Source: an uncultured Rubrivivax sp. | Lineage (GTDB): Bacteria; Pseudomonadota; Gammaproteobacteria; Burkholderiales; Burkholderiaceae_C | NCBI GenBank assembly: GCA_937975735.1 | Contig: CALJUI010000063.1 | Coordinates: 1 to 49,396, forward strand | Length of the DNA stretch: 49,396 bases | Direction: 5' to 3' | Shown: positions 41,363 to 49,396 of the stretch, piece after piece | How the letters are laid out: each line of letters opens with the position of its first letter | Numbering within the stretch: the first letter of the stretch is position 1 | Translations under genes and position numbers: made by a program | The notes under the pieces: generated by a model | The model's input: only the letters and a program-made list of their open reading frames with translations | Told to the model about the DNA's origin: nothing | Databases searched by the model: none

Positions 41363-42675
41363 AGATCAGCATCTTTGGACTCGGCTATGTCGGCGCGGTC
41401 TCGCTCGCCTGCCTGGCACGCGACGGTCACGACGTCATCGGCGTCGACATCGACCGCACCAAGCTCGACCTGATCACGCAGGGCAAGACACCCGTGGTCG
41501 AGGAGGGCATGGTCGAGCTGATGCGGCAGGTTGCGGCGAGCGGCCATGTCAGCGTCACCACCGACGCCGAGCAGGCCGTGCTCGGCAGCGAGATCAGCCT
41601 GGTCTGCGTCGGCACGCCGAGTGCCCCCAACGGCAGCCAGGACCAGAGCGCGATCCTGCGCCTGGCCGAGCAGATGGGCCGCGCGCTGAAGGGCAAGGAG
41701 CCTGGCCACGTCGTCGTCTTCCGCAGCACCTTGGTGCCCGGCACCGTCGAAGACGTGTTGCGGCCGATCGTCGAGCGCGAGTCCGGCAAGAAGGACGGCG
41801 TGGACTTCCATCTGTGCTTCCAGCCCGAGTTCCTGCGCGAGGGCAGCTCGATCAGGGACTACGACAAGCCACCGTTCACGATCGTCGGCGCCAACGCCGA
41901 GGCGGCGTTCGAGCGGCTGCAGGCCCTGTTCGGACACCTGCCGTGCAAGTTCCTGCGCACCTCGGTCCGCTCGGCCGAGATGATGAAGTACAGCTGCAAC
42001 AACTTCCACGCGCTGAAGATCACCTTCGCCAACGAGACCGCTCGCCTGTGCGCGGCGCTCGGCGTCGACGCATTCGAGGTGATGGACCTTGTCTGCCAGG
42101 ACACCCAGCTCAACATCAGCAAGGCCTACCTGCGGCCGGGTTTCGCCTTCGGCGGCAGCTGCCTGCCCAAGGACCTGCGCGCCACCGCCTACCTGGCCAA
42201 GGTCCACGACGTCGACCTGCCGATGATGACCGGCATCCTGGCCAGCAACCGCGTGCACCTGGACCTGGCCTTCGACCGCGTCGTCGCGGCGGACAAGCGC
42301 AAGGTCGGCTTCGTCGGCCTGTCGTTCAAGACCGGCACCGACGACCTGCGCGAGAGCCCGCTCGTGACGCTGGCCGAGAAGCTGATCGGCAAGGGCTATG
42401 AACTGCGCATCTACGACCCCGAAGTGCACCTGGCGCGGCTGCTGGGTGCGAACAAGAGCTTCATCGAGCGGCACCTGCCGCACATCGGCGAGATGCTGAT
42501 GCCCGAGCTCGACGGCGTGGTCGACGCCAGCGAGGTGATCGTGCTCGGCAGCAGCAGCCCGGCGGTGCTCGAAGCGCTGGCTGCACGGCTGAAGCCCGGG
42601 CAGGTGCTGATCGATTTGGTGCGCGTGCCGCCGAGCTCGGCGTTGGCCAAGAGAGCAGAAGGCTTGTGTTGGTAA
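41359..42675 (+). CDS. NDP-sugar 6-dehydrogenase (GDP-mannose dehydrogenase AlgD-like)
   Basis: IFGLGYVG, CVGTPS, PEFLREG, PGFAFGGSCLPKD, GLSFK.GTDDLRESP. Confidence 0.9.
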   Translation: MKISIFGLGYVGAVSLACLARDGHDVIGVDIDRTKLDLITQGKTPVVEEGMVELMRQVAASGHVSVTTDAEQAVLGSEISLVCVGTPSAPNGSQDQSAILRLAEQMGRALKGKEPGHVVVFRSTLVPGTVEDVLRPIVERESGKKDGVDFHLCFQPEFLREGSSIRDYDKPPFTIVGANAEAAFERLQALFGHLPCKFLRTSVRSAEMMKYSCNNFHALKITFANETARLCAALGVDAFEVMDLVCQDTQLNISKAYLRPGFAFGGSCLPKDLRATAYLAKVHDVDLPMMTGILASNRVHLDLAFDRVVAADKRKVGFVGLSFKTGTDDLRESPLVTLAEKLIGKGYELRIYDPEVHLARLLGANKSFIERHLPHIGEMLMPELDGVVDASEVIVLGSSSPAVLEALAARLKPGQVLIDLVRVPPSSALAKRAEGLCW

Positions 42676-42710
42676 ACCGCCTGATCGATTGCGCGAACCG
42701 ACCGACTTCT

Positions 42711-43829
42711 ATGCCGCAGCGGTCTTCGCCTGTTGCGCGGGAGCGGTGGCCGGCGATCTGCGTCGTCGGACCCCTGCCCCCGCCTTCCGGCGGCATGGCC
42801 AACCAGTGCGAACAGCTGGTGAGGCTGCTGCGCGAGGAAGGCGCCCAGGTCGAACTGGTGCGCACCAACCCACCCTACCGGCCCGGCTGGATCGGCGGCG
42901 TACCGATCGTCCGGGCCGGCGCGCGACTGCTGCCCTACCTGCTGGCCCTGTGGCGCGGCATCGGCGGCGCGCAGGTCGTGCACGTGTTCGCCAACTCGGG
43001 CTGGGCCTGGCACCTGCTCGCCTGGCCGGCACTGGTGATCGCGCGCTGGCGGGGCGTGCCGACGATCGTCAACTACCGCGGTGGGCAGGCCGATCAATTC
43101 TTCCGCCAGGCGCCGCGCCACGTGCACCGCGCGCTGGCCCGGGCGACGCTGCGCGTGACGCCGTCGGACTTCCTGCTGCGGGTCTTCCGTGCGCACGGCC
43201 TGGATGCGATCGTGATCCCGAATGTCGTCGACCTCGGGCGCTTCCACCTGCGGCCCGACGCGGAGAGGCCTGCGCCGCACCTCATCGTCACGCGCAACCT
43301 GGAGCCGATCTACGACATCCCGACCGCGCTGCGGGCCTTCCAGCGCATCCATCGGGCGCTGCCGCAGGCCCGCCTGACGGTGGCCGGCAGCGGCCCCGAG
43401 CTCGATGCACTGCGCCGCCTTGCGGCGCAGTTGGGGCTGGCCGACGCGGTGCGGTTCAGCGGCCGGATCGACAATGCGCAGATCGCGGCCCTCTACGACA
43501 GCGCCGACTTGATGCTCAACCCCAGCGCCGCCGACAACATGCCGATCTCGATCCTCGAGGCGCTGGCCAGCGGCGTTCCGGTGGTCAGCACCGACGCGGG
43601 CGGCATCCCGGACCTCGTCGAGCACGAACGCACCGCGCTGCTGGTGCCGGTGGGCGACGACGCGGCGATGGCCGAGGCGGCGCTGCGCCTGCTGCGGGAT
43701 CCGCCGCTGGCATCGCGCCTGCGGCAGGCCGGGGCGAGCGAGGTCGAGCGCTTCGCCTGGCCGAACGTGCGGGCGCAGTGGCGTCAGGCCTATTGGCGTG
43801 CGCTCGACGCGACGGCGCAGGAGGGCTGA
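42711..43829 (+). CDS. GT4 glycosyltransferase
   Basis: GPLPPP.GGMANQ, RNLEPIY, DNMPISILEALASG. Alternative TTG start at 42666. Confidence 0.88.
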   Translation: MPQRSSPVARERWPAICVVGPLPPPSGGMANQCEQLVRLLREEGAQVELVRTNPPYRPGWIGGVPIVRAGARLLPYLLALWRGIGGAQVVHVFANSGWAWHLLAWPALVIARWRGVPTIVNYRGGQADQFFRQAPRHVHRALARATLRVTPSDFLLRVFRAHGLDAIVIPNVVDLGRFHLRPDAERPAPHLIVTRNLEPIYDIPTALRAFQRIHRALPQARLTVAGSGPELDALRRLAAQLGLADAVRFSGRIDNAQIAALYDSADLMLNPSAADNMPISILEALASGVPVVSTDAGGIPDLVEHERTALLVPVGDDAAMAEAALRLLRDPPLASRLRQAGASEVERFAWPNVRAQWRQAYWRALDATAQEG

Positions 43830-43832
43830 TCG

Positions 43833-44549
43833 ATGTCCGCATTGGCGCACCGCCTGCTCGAACGCTTCTACAAGGACGTGCCGCATCCCTATCGCCTGTT
43901 CGAGCGGCGCGTCGACAGCCTGCTCGGGCCCGGGGTGCGCGTGCTGGTCGACGCCGGCTGCGGCCGCACCGTGCCGGTGCTGCGCAAGTACCTGGGGCGT
44001 GTCGACCGGCTGATCGGCATCGAGCTGGTCGACTTCACCGACGTGCCGGCGGGCATCGAGACCCACAACGCCGACCTCGGCGCGCTGCCCCTGGCCGACG
44101 CCAGCGTCGACCTCATCATGTCGCGCAGCGTCTTCGAGCACCTGACCGATCCCGAGCCGGTCTACCGTGAGTTCGCGCGCGTGCTGCGGCCGGGTGGCCG
44201 GGTCGTGTTCCTGACGGCCAACATGTGGGACTATGGCACGCTCGCCGCGCGCATGATCCCGAACCGCTTCCATGGCCGCATCGTCAAGGCGGTGGAAGGG
44301 CGTGCGGAGGAGGACACCTTCCCGACGGCCTACAAGACGAACACCCGTGGCGACGTCGCTCGGCTCGCGGCCCAGAGCGGGCTCCGCGTCGAGGCCTTCG
44401 AGTACCTCAGCCAGTACCCGAACTATTTGATGTTCAACGGCGTGCTGTTCGCCATCGGAACCGCCTTCGAGCGGCTGATCAGCCGCTTCGAGATCTTCCG
44501 GCTGCTGCGCGGGTGGATCCTGGTCACGCTGGTCAAGCCGGCCGATTGA
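43833..44549 (+). CDS. Class I SAM-dependent methyltransferase
   Basis: LVDAGCG motif I, LPLADASVDLI, VFEHL, RVLRPGG. Confidence 0.88.
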   Translation: MSALAHRLLERFYKDVPHPYRLFERRVDSLLGPGVRVLVDAGCGRTVPVLRKYLGRVDRLIGIELVDFTDVPAGIETHNADLGALPLADASVDLIMSRSVFEHLTDPEPVYREFARVLRPGGRVVFLTANMWDYGTLAARMIPNRFHGRIVKAVEGRAEEDTFPTAYKTNTRGDVARLAAQSGLRVEAFEYLSQYPNYLMFNGVLFAIGTAFERLISRFEIFRLLRGWILVTLVKPAD

Positions 44550-44561
44550 TCACTGATCAGG

Positions 44562-45935
44562 ATGTCCGGCCTCTACACTCGATTCGTCAGCCGCGTGCTG
44601 TTCCCGCTGCACGAGCGACTCAAGCACCACGACAGCGTCGCACTGCGCGAACGCCTCGAGCGCAGCCAGTGGCTGGAGCCTGCGCAGATCCGGCAGCTGC
44701 AGCTCGACCGCCTGCGCGCCTTTCTCGCCGATGTCGGCCGGCGAGTGCCCTACTACCGCGAGCTGTTCACCCAGATCGGCTTCGACCCCGCAGCGCTGCG
44801 GTCGGTGGCCGACCTGGCGCGGCTGCCGTTGCTCGACAAGGCGACGATACGCCGCCATGCCGAGTCGATGAAGGCCGACGGCCACGGCCCGCTGAGTCGG
44901 TACAACACCGGCGGTTCGTCGGGCCAGCCGCTCGTCTTCTACATCGGGCGCGACCGCAAGAGCCACGACGTCGCCGCGAAGTGGCGGGCCACCCGCTGGT
45001 GGGGCGTGGACATCGGCGACACCGAGGCCGTGATCTGGGGGTCGCCAATCGAGCACGGCGCGCAGGACCGGCTGCGCCTGTGGCGCGACCGGCTGTTGCG
45101 CAGCACGCTGCTGCCGGCCTTCGAGATGTCCGAGGCGCGGCTCGATGAGTTCGTGGCCTGGTTGCGCCGGCATCGGCCGCGCATGCTGTTCGGCTATCCG
45201 TCGGCGCTGAGCTATATCGCACGCCACGCGCAGCAGCGTGGCGTCCGGCTCGACGACCTCGGCGTGAAGGTGGCCTTCGTCACCAGCGAGCGGTTGTACG
45301 ACGAGCAGCGCGCGCTGATCGAGCGGACCTTCGCCTGTCGCGTCGCCAACGGCTACGGCGGCCGCGACGCCGGCTTCATCGCCCACGAGTGCCCGTCCGG
45401 CCGCCTGCACCTGAGCGCCGAGGACATCGTCGTCGAGACGGTCGACGAGCGCGGGATGCCGACGCCGACGGGGCAAGGGGGCGAGATCGTGGTCACCCAC
45501 CTGGCCACCGCCGATTTCCCCTTCGTGCGCTATCGCACCGGCGACGTGGGGTTGGTCGACGACGCGCGCTGCGACTGCGGTCGCGGGCTGCCGGTGCTGG
45601 CCGATCTGCAGGGCCGCACGACCGACTTCGTGGTCGCCGCCGACGGAACGGTGATGCACGGTCTGGCGCTGATTTACATCGTGCGCGACCTGCCCGGCAT
45701 CGCCGGATTCAAGGTCACCCAGGAGACCAGGACGAGAACGACGGTCGACCTGGTGCCGGAAGGCGACTTCGACCCGGCCGTGATCCCGGGCATCGTCGAC
45801 GGCTTCCGCCGCCGCCTGGGGGCGCAGGTCGAGGTGCAGGTGCGAACGGTCGAGACCAGCGCGCCCGAGGCCTCGGGCAAGTATCGTTACATCGTCAGCC
45901 ACGCGCTCGACGGGATCGAGGCGACCACGACATGA
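44562..45935 (+). CDS. Phenylacetate-CoA ligase / CapK-family adenylate-forming protein
   Basis: VPYYR, LPLLDK, TGGSSG.P P-loop, GYPS, YGGRD, PFVRYRTGD, GR..D, SGKYR. Confidence 0.88.
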   Translation: MSGLYTRFVSRVLFPLHERLKHHDSVALRERLERSQWLEPAQIRQLQLDRLRAFLADVGRRVPYYRELFTQIGFDPAALRSVADLARLPLLDKATIRRHAESMKADGHGPLSRYNTGGSSGQPLVFYIGRDRKSHDVAAKWRATRWWGVDIGDTEAVIWGSPIEHGAQDRLRLWRDRLLRSTLLPAFEMSEARLDEFVAWLRRHRPRMLFGYPSALSYIARHAQQRGVRLDDLGVKVAFVTSERLYDEQRALIERTFACRVANGYGGRDAGFIAHECPSGRLHLSAEDIVVETVDERGMPTPTGQGGEIVVTHLATADFPFVRYRTGDVGLVDDARCDCGRGLPVLADLQGRTTDFVVAADGTVMHGLALIYIVRDLPGIAGFKVTQETRTRTTVDLVPEGDFDPAVIPGIVDGFRRRLGAQVEVQVRTVETSAPEASGKYRYIVSHALDGIEATTT

Positions 45936-47275
45936 GAGGCATCCTGCTTACGGCGATCGTCGGGCTGCTGCTGCTGACGGTCTTCAAGCACCCGGTGATG
46001 GGTGCTTACCTCTGGGCCTGGCTGAGCCTGATGACGCCGCAGAAGTTGGCCTACGGCTTTGCGTTCAACTTTGCGTTCGCGCAGATCACGGCCATCGTGT
46101 TGCTGATCGCCTTCGTCTTCACGCGCAAGCGCCAGCCGCTGCCGATCATCGGCATCACGATGGTGCTGTTCGCGATGCTGGTCTGGATGTCGATCACCAG
46201 CCTGGTCGCGATCACGCCGCAAGACCGGGTGATCGAGCGCTGGATCTTCGTGATGAAGATCCAGCTGATGCTGCTGGTGACCTGGATGCTGGTGCTCGAT
46301 GCGAAGCAGCTGCGCATCCTGGTCTGGGTGGTGACGCTGTCGGTGGCCTTCTTCGGCATCAAGGGCGGCATCTGGACCGTGTTCACCGGCGGCGGCGGGC
46401 GGGTCTGGGGGCCGCCGGGCGGCCTGCTGCAGGGCAACAACGAACTCGCCGTCGGCCTCGTGATGCTGGTGCCGATGATGTACTTCCTGTACCAGACCGA
46501 GTCCAGGCGCTGGCTGCGCTACGCACTGATGGGCTCGATGGTCGCGATGATGTTCGCGATCCTCGGCAGCCAGTCGCGCGGGGCGCTGGTGGCGATGCTG
46601 GCCATGGCCTTCTTCCTCGGCATCAAGGGCAAGCATCCGGTGGGCACCAGTCTTGGCCTGCTGGTGCTGGTCGCGCTCGTGATCGGCTTCATGCCGGACG
46701 AGTGGACGACTCGGATGCGCACGATCAACCAGTACGAGCTCGACGGCTCGGCGCTGTCCCGCTTGTGGACCTGGCAGACCTTGTGGAACGTCGCGGTCGA
46801 CCGCCCGCTTTTCGGCGCTGGCTTCCGTGCCGACGACGCGTACGTCTTCGCCCGCTATGCACCGCTGCACGGCGACTACGCGATCTTCGAGGGGGCCGTG
46901 TTCGTTGCGCACAGCATCTACTTCCAGATGCTCGGCGAGCACGGTTTCGTCGGGCTCGGCCTGTTCCTGCTGCTCGGCCTGGTTGCCTGGCGCACCGCCG
47001 GGCGCCTGGCCCGCGAGTCCAAGGACGACCCCGAGTACGGTCCCTGGATGCCGATGCTGATGCGCATGGTGCAGGTCAGCATGGTCGGCTATGCCGCCGG
47101 CGGTGCCTTCCTCAGTCTGGCCTACCTGGATCTGCCGTACTACATCATGGGCTTCGTCGTCACCTGCCATGCGCTGATGCAGCGGCGCAGGCAGGCGGCG
47201 GCCGCCGCCGCGAGGAGCCCGGGCGCGGCGCCCGCCAGCCCGGCATTGGCCGGCCAGCGGACGGCGTTGAAGTGA
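45932..47275 (+). CDS. Putative O-glycosylation ligase / Wzy-like polymerase, exosortase A-associated
   Basis: Multi-TM; RVWGPPG, NNELA, SQSRGA, AHSIYFQMLGEHG (O-antigen ligase-like His). Confidence 0.85.
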   Translation: MRGILLTAIVGLLLLTVFKHPVMGAYLWAWLSLMTPQKLAYGFAFNFAFAQITAIVLLIAFVFTRKRQPLPIIGITMVLFAMLVWMSITSLVAITPQDRVIERWIFVMKIQLMLLVTWMLVLDAKQLRILVWVVTLSVAFFGIKGGIWTVFTGGGGRVWGPPGGLLQGNNELAVGLVMLVPMMYFLYQTESRRWLRYALMGSMVAMMFAILGSQSRGALVAMLAMAFFLGIKGKHPVGTSLGLLVLVALVIGFMPDEWTTRMRTINQYELDGSALSRLWTWQTLWNVAVDRPLFGAGFRADDAYVFARYAPLHGDYAIFEGAVFVAHSIYFQMLGEHGFVGLGLFLLLGLVAWRTAGRLARESKDDPEYGPWMPMLMRMVQVSMVGYAAGGAFLSLAYLDLPYYIMGFVVTCHALMQRRRQAAAAAARSPGAAPASPALAGQRTALK

Positions 47276-48261
47276 TGCTGGCCGGTTTGCATGCGGCGTG
47301 CTGGCGCGCCGCCGTCTCTGCCCTCGATCGCCGGCACCGCCAACGCCTGCAGATCCTGATCTTCCATCGCGTGTTGCCGGAGCCCGATCCGCTGTTCCCC
47401 GGGGAGGTGACCGCCGCGCGCTTCGATCGACTGTTGCGCCTGCTCGCCGTCGGCTTCCAGGTTCTCCCGCTCGGACAAGCGCTGGCGTTGCGCCGCGCGG
47501 GGCGGCTGCCGCCGCGCGCGTTGAGCATCACCTTCGACGACGGGTACGCCGACAACGCCCGGATCGCACTGCCGATCCTGCGCCGGCATGGCTTGGCGGC
47601 CACCTTCTTCGTCGCGACCGGCTTCCTCGACGGCGGACGCATGTTCAACGACACGGTGATCGAGACGATCCGCCGTACGACGGCCGATCGTATCGATCTG
47701 TCGGATTGGGCGCTGGGCGAGCGGTCGCTGCATGGCGCCGCCGATCGACGGTTGGCCATCGACGCGCTGCTGCCGCTGGTCAAGTACCGCCCGCTCGAGC
47801 AGCGGCATGACTTCCTGCGCCGGCTGGCGCGACTTGCCGGCGAGCCCGACCTGCCCGACGACCTGATGATGCGGTCCGACGAGGTGCAGGCTCTGCACGC
47901 CGCCGGCATGGAAATCGGCGGCCATACCGTGAACCATCCGATCCTGCGCCTGCTTCCCGACCGCGAAGCCGAGGCCGAGATCTCGCTCGGGCGGGAATGC
48001 CTGCAGTCGCTGATCGATGCGCCGGTGGAGCTCTTCGCCTATCCGAACGGCCGGCCGAACGAGGATTACGACGCGCGCCATGCGGCGATGGCGCGGAAGC
48101 TGGGCTTCGTCGGCGCGGTGAGCACGGCGGCCGGCGTCGTGATGCCCGACGCCGATCCGTACCAGCTGCCGCGTTTCACGCCCTGGGATGACGGCGAACT
48201 GCGCTGGATGGGGCGGCTCCTTCACGCGCGGCTGCGCGGCACGCACGCGGCGATGGCCTAG
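47275..48261 (+). CDS. Polysaccharide deacetylase family protein
   Basis: ILIFHRV, ITFDDGY.DN, ATFFV, EIGGHT.NHP, FAYPNG; start coupled to the upstream stop. Confidence 0.88.
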   Translation: MLAGLHAACWRAAVSALDRRHRQRLQILIFHRVLPEPDPLFPGEVTAARFDRLLRLLAVGFQVLPLGQALALRRAGRLPPRALSITFDDGYADNARIALPILRRHGLAATFFVATGFLDGGRMFNDTVIETIRRTTADRIDLSDWALGERSLHGAADRRLAIDALLPLVKYRPLEQRHDFLRRLARLAGEPDLPDDLMMRSDEVQALHAAGMEIGGHTVNHPILRLLPDREAEAEISLGRECLQSLIDAPVELFAYPNGRPNEDYDARHAAMARKLGFVGAVSTAAGVVMPDADPYQLPRFTPWDDGELRWMGRLLHARLRGTHAAMA

Positions 48262-48271
48262 GTCGGGCGCG

Positions 48272-49396
48272 TCAGCGCAGTCGACCGGCCAGTTCGAACA
48301 CCGACAGGTTGCTGTCGAGCCCGCTCAGGTCCGGCGGCTCGGCGCCGGCCGCGATCACCGGCACCTGCTCGTCGCTCAGCTCGGGGTCGATGACGCAGCG
48401 GTCCGACAGGTAGGGTTCGCGCACGCACCACATCGACTGGCGCAGGGGGTGGTCGGAGAACACCAGAAGGCGCGGCGCGAGACCGTTCGACTGGGCACGC
48501 TCGATGAGTTCGGACAACAGGGCGGCGGAACGATCGAGGTTGCGCTGGTAGTGCTGGGACACCGTGCCCTCGATGCTGTCGGCGGGAGGATGCGGCAACG
48601 GCAGGTGCAGGTACATCAGCCCCCCCTGCGACAGTGCCGGGGCGCGCCGAGCGGCCTCGACCACGGCGTCGGTCATCGCCGCCCAGTCCTGCACGCCGCT
48701 GCGTTTGCAGGCCGCGTCGTCGACCGCAAGCGGCCAGCCGGTGCGCCGCCAAAGCCGGCAGCGCAGCGCGGTGGTGTCGGTCAGTCGGAGGGCGGCCGGC
48801 GCCCGCACGCAGCTGCGCAGGCCCCGGATGCTGCAGTACGGCTTGTAGAAGCCGGCGACGTCGATGTCCGGACGGGTCGCGTGGATGCGTGCGAAGTCGA
48901 TCGCACCGTCGGCGTCGCAGGACATCGTCGGCGCGCAGGGCTCGGAGCCGTCGAACGAGCGTCCGAGGAAAAGCGACGGCACCGTGTTCTGCGTGCGGCT
49001 GGCGACGCTGGTCACGGCGGCCATCCGGGTCACGAGGCCGCGCGCGGCGATGGCCTGCACCAGTCCTTCCGACTGCCGCGCGTTGAGTTCGTCCAGCAGG
49101 ACGACCATCGTCACCGCCCGACCGCGGTCGACCTCGGCCGCCGCGGCATCGAAGGCCTTGGGCCATGCCAGCGTGGAGGCATTCAGCCAGCCGATCATCG
49201 ACGGCGTCAACGTGAACAGCACCAGGGCCGCTGCGGCGGCGACCCGTGCGCGCCGCCAGAGCGCGGGCACGGCGGCGAACGAGAGCACGACCAGCCCCGC
49301 CGTGACGCCGCCCACCAGCGCGCGTGTCCACAGCGGGATCTCGAACGCCGCCCACCACCGGTCGGGCGTGGCGCCGATGATGCCCATCCATGCGAT
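48272..49396 (-). CDS. Membrane-anchored alkaline-phosphatase/sulfatase-superfamily protein, 5'-truncated by the window edge
   Basis: Frame is open to the edge; TM segments then VVLLDEL, T..TVPSLF, YLHLPLPHPP, LVFSDHP. Confidence 0.6.
   Translation of the reverse strand: MAWMGIIGATPDRWWAAFEIPLWTRALVGGVTAGLVVLSFAAVPALWRRARVAAAAALVLFTLTPSMIGWLNASTLAWPKAFDAAAAEVDRGRAVTMVVLLDELNARQSEGLVQAIAARGLVTRMAAVTSVASRTQNTVPSLFLGRSFDGSEPCAPTMSCDADGAIDFARIHATRPDIDVAGFYKPYCSIRGLRSCVRAPAALRLTDTTALRCRLWRRTGWPLAVDDAACKRSGVQDWAAMTDAVVEAARRAPALSQGGLMYLHLPLPHPPADSIEGTVSQHYQRNLDRSAALLSELIERAQSNGLAPRLLVFSDHPLRQSMWCVREPYLSDRCVIDPELSDEQVPVIAAGAEPPDLSGLDSNLSVFELAGRLR

Overview
High-GC bacterial window, probably a betaproteobacterium (Burkholderiales-like; an inference from gene content). 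Almost all of it is one exosortase A / PEP-CTERM-associated exopolysaccharide and protein-sorting locus, starting just after the 3' part of gltD. The left arm (- strand) carries a low-MW tyrosine phosphatase, a Tat-signal protein, a PqqD/RRE-like protein, an HprK-related kinase and a nucleotidyltransferase, followed by the priming sugar transferase, prsK, prsR and two tandem prsT. The right arm (+ strand, about 32 kb) carries Wza, split Wzc, an outer-membrane beta-barrel, an ExeA-like ATPase, a deacetylase, a FemAB-like protein, xrtA-EpsI, two NDP-sugar dehydrogenases, a seven-gene Arn/Gtr-like lipid-linked amino-sugar cassette, two AsnB-like amidotransferases, four GT4 glycosyltransferases, a methyltransferase, a CapK-like ligase, an O-antigen-ligase-like protein and a second deacetylase. 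A partial membrane-anchored AlkP-superfamily gene converges at the end. The best candidates for new biology are (1) the coupled Tat-protein/RRE/kinase/nucleotidyltransferase operon behind a sigma54-type promoter, which looks like a RiPP-style modification system for a secreted protein, and (2) the Arn-like cassette. Family assignments come from recognised motifs and gene order, not from database searches. No RNA genes, CRISPR arrays or mobile elements were seen.
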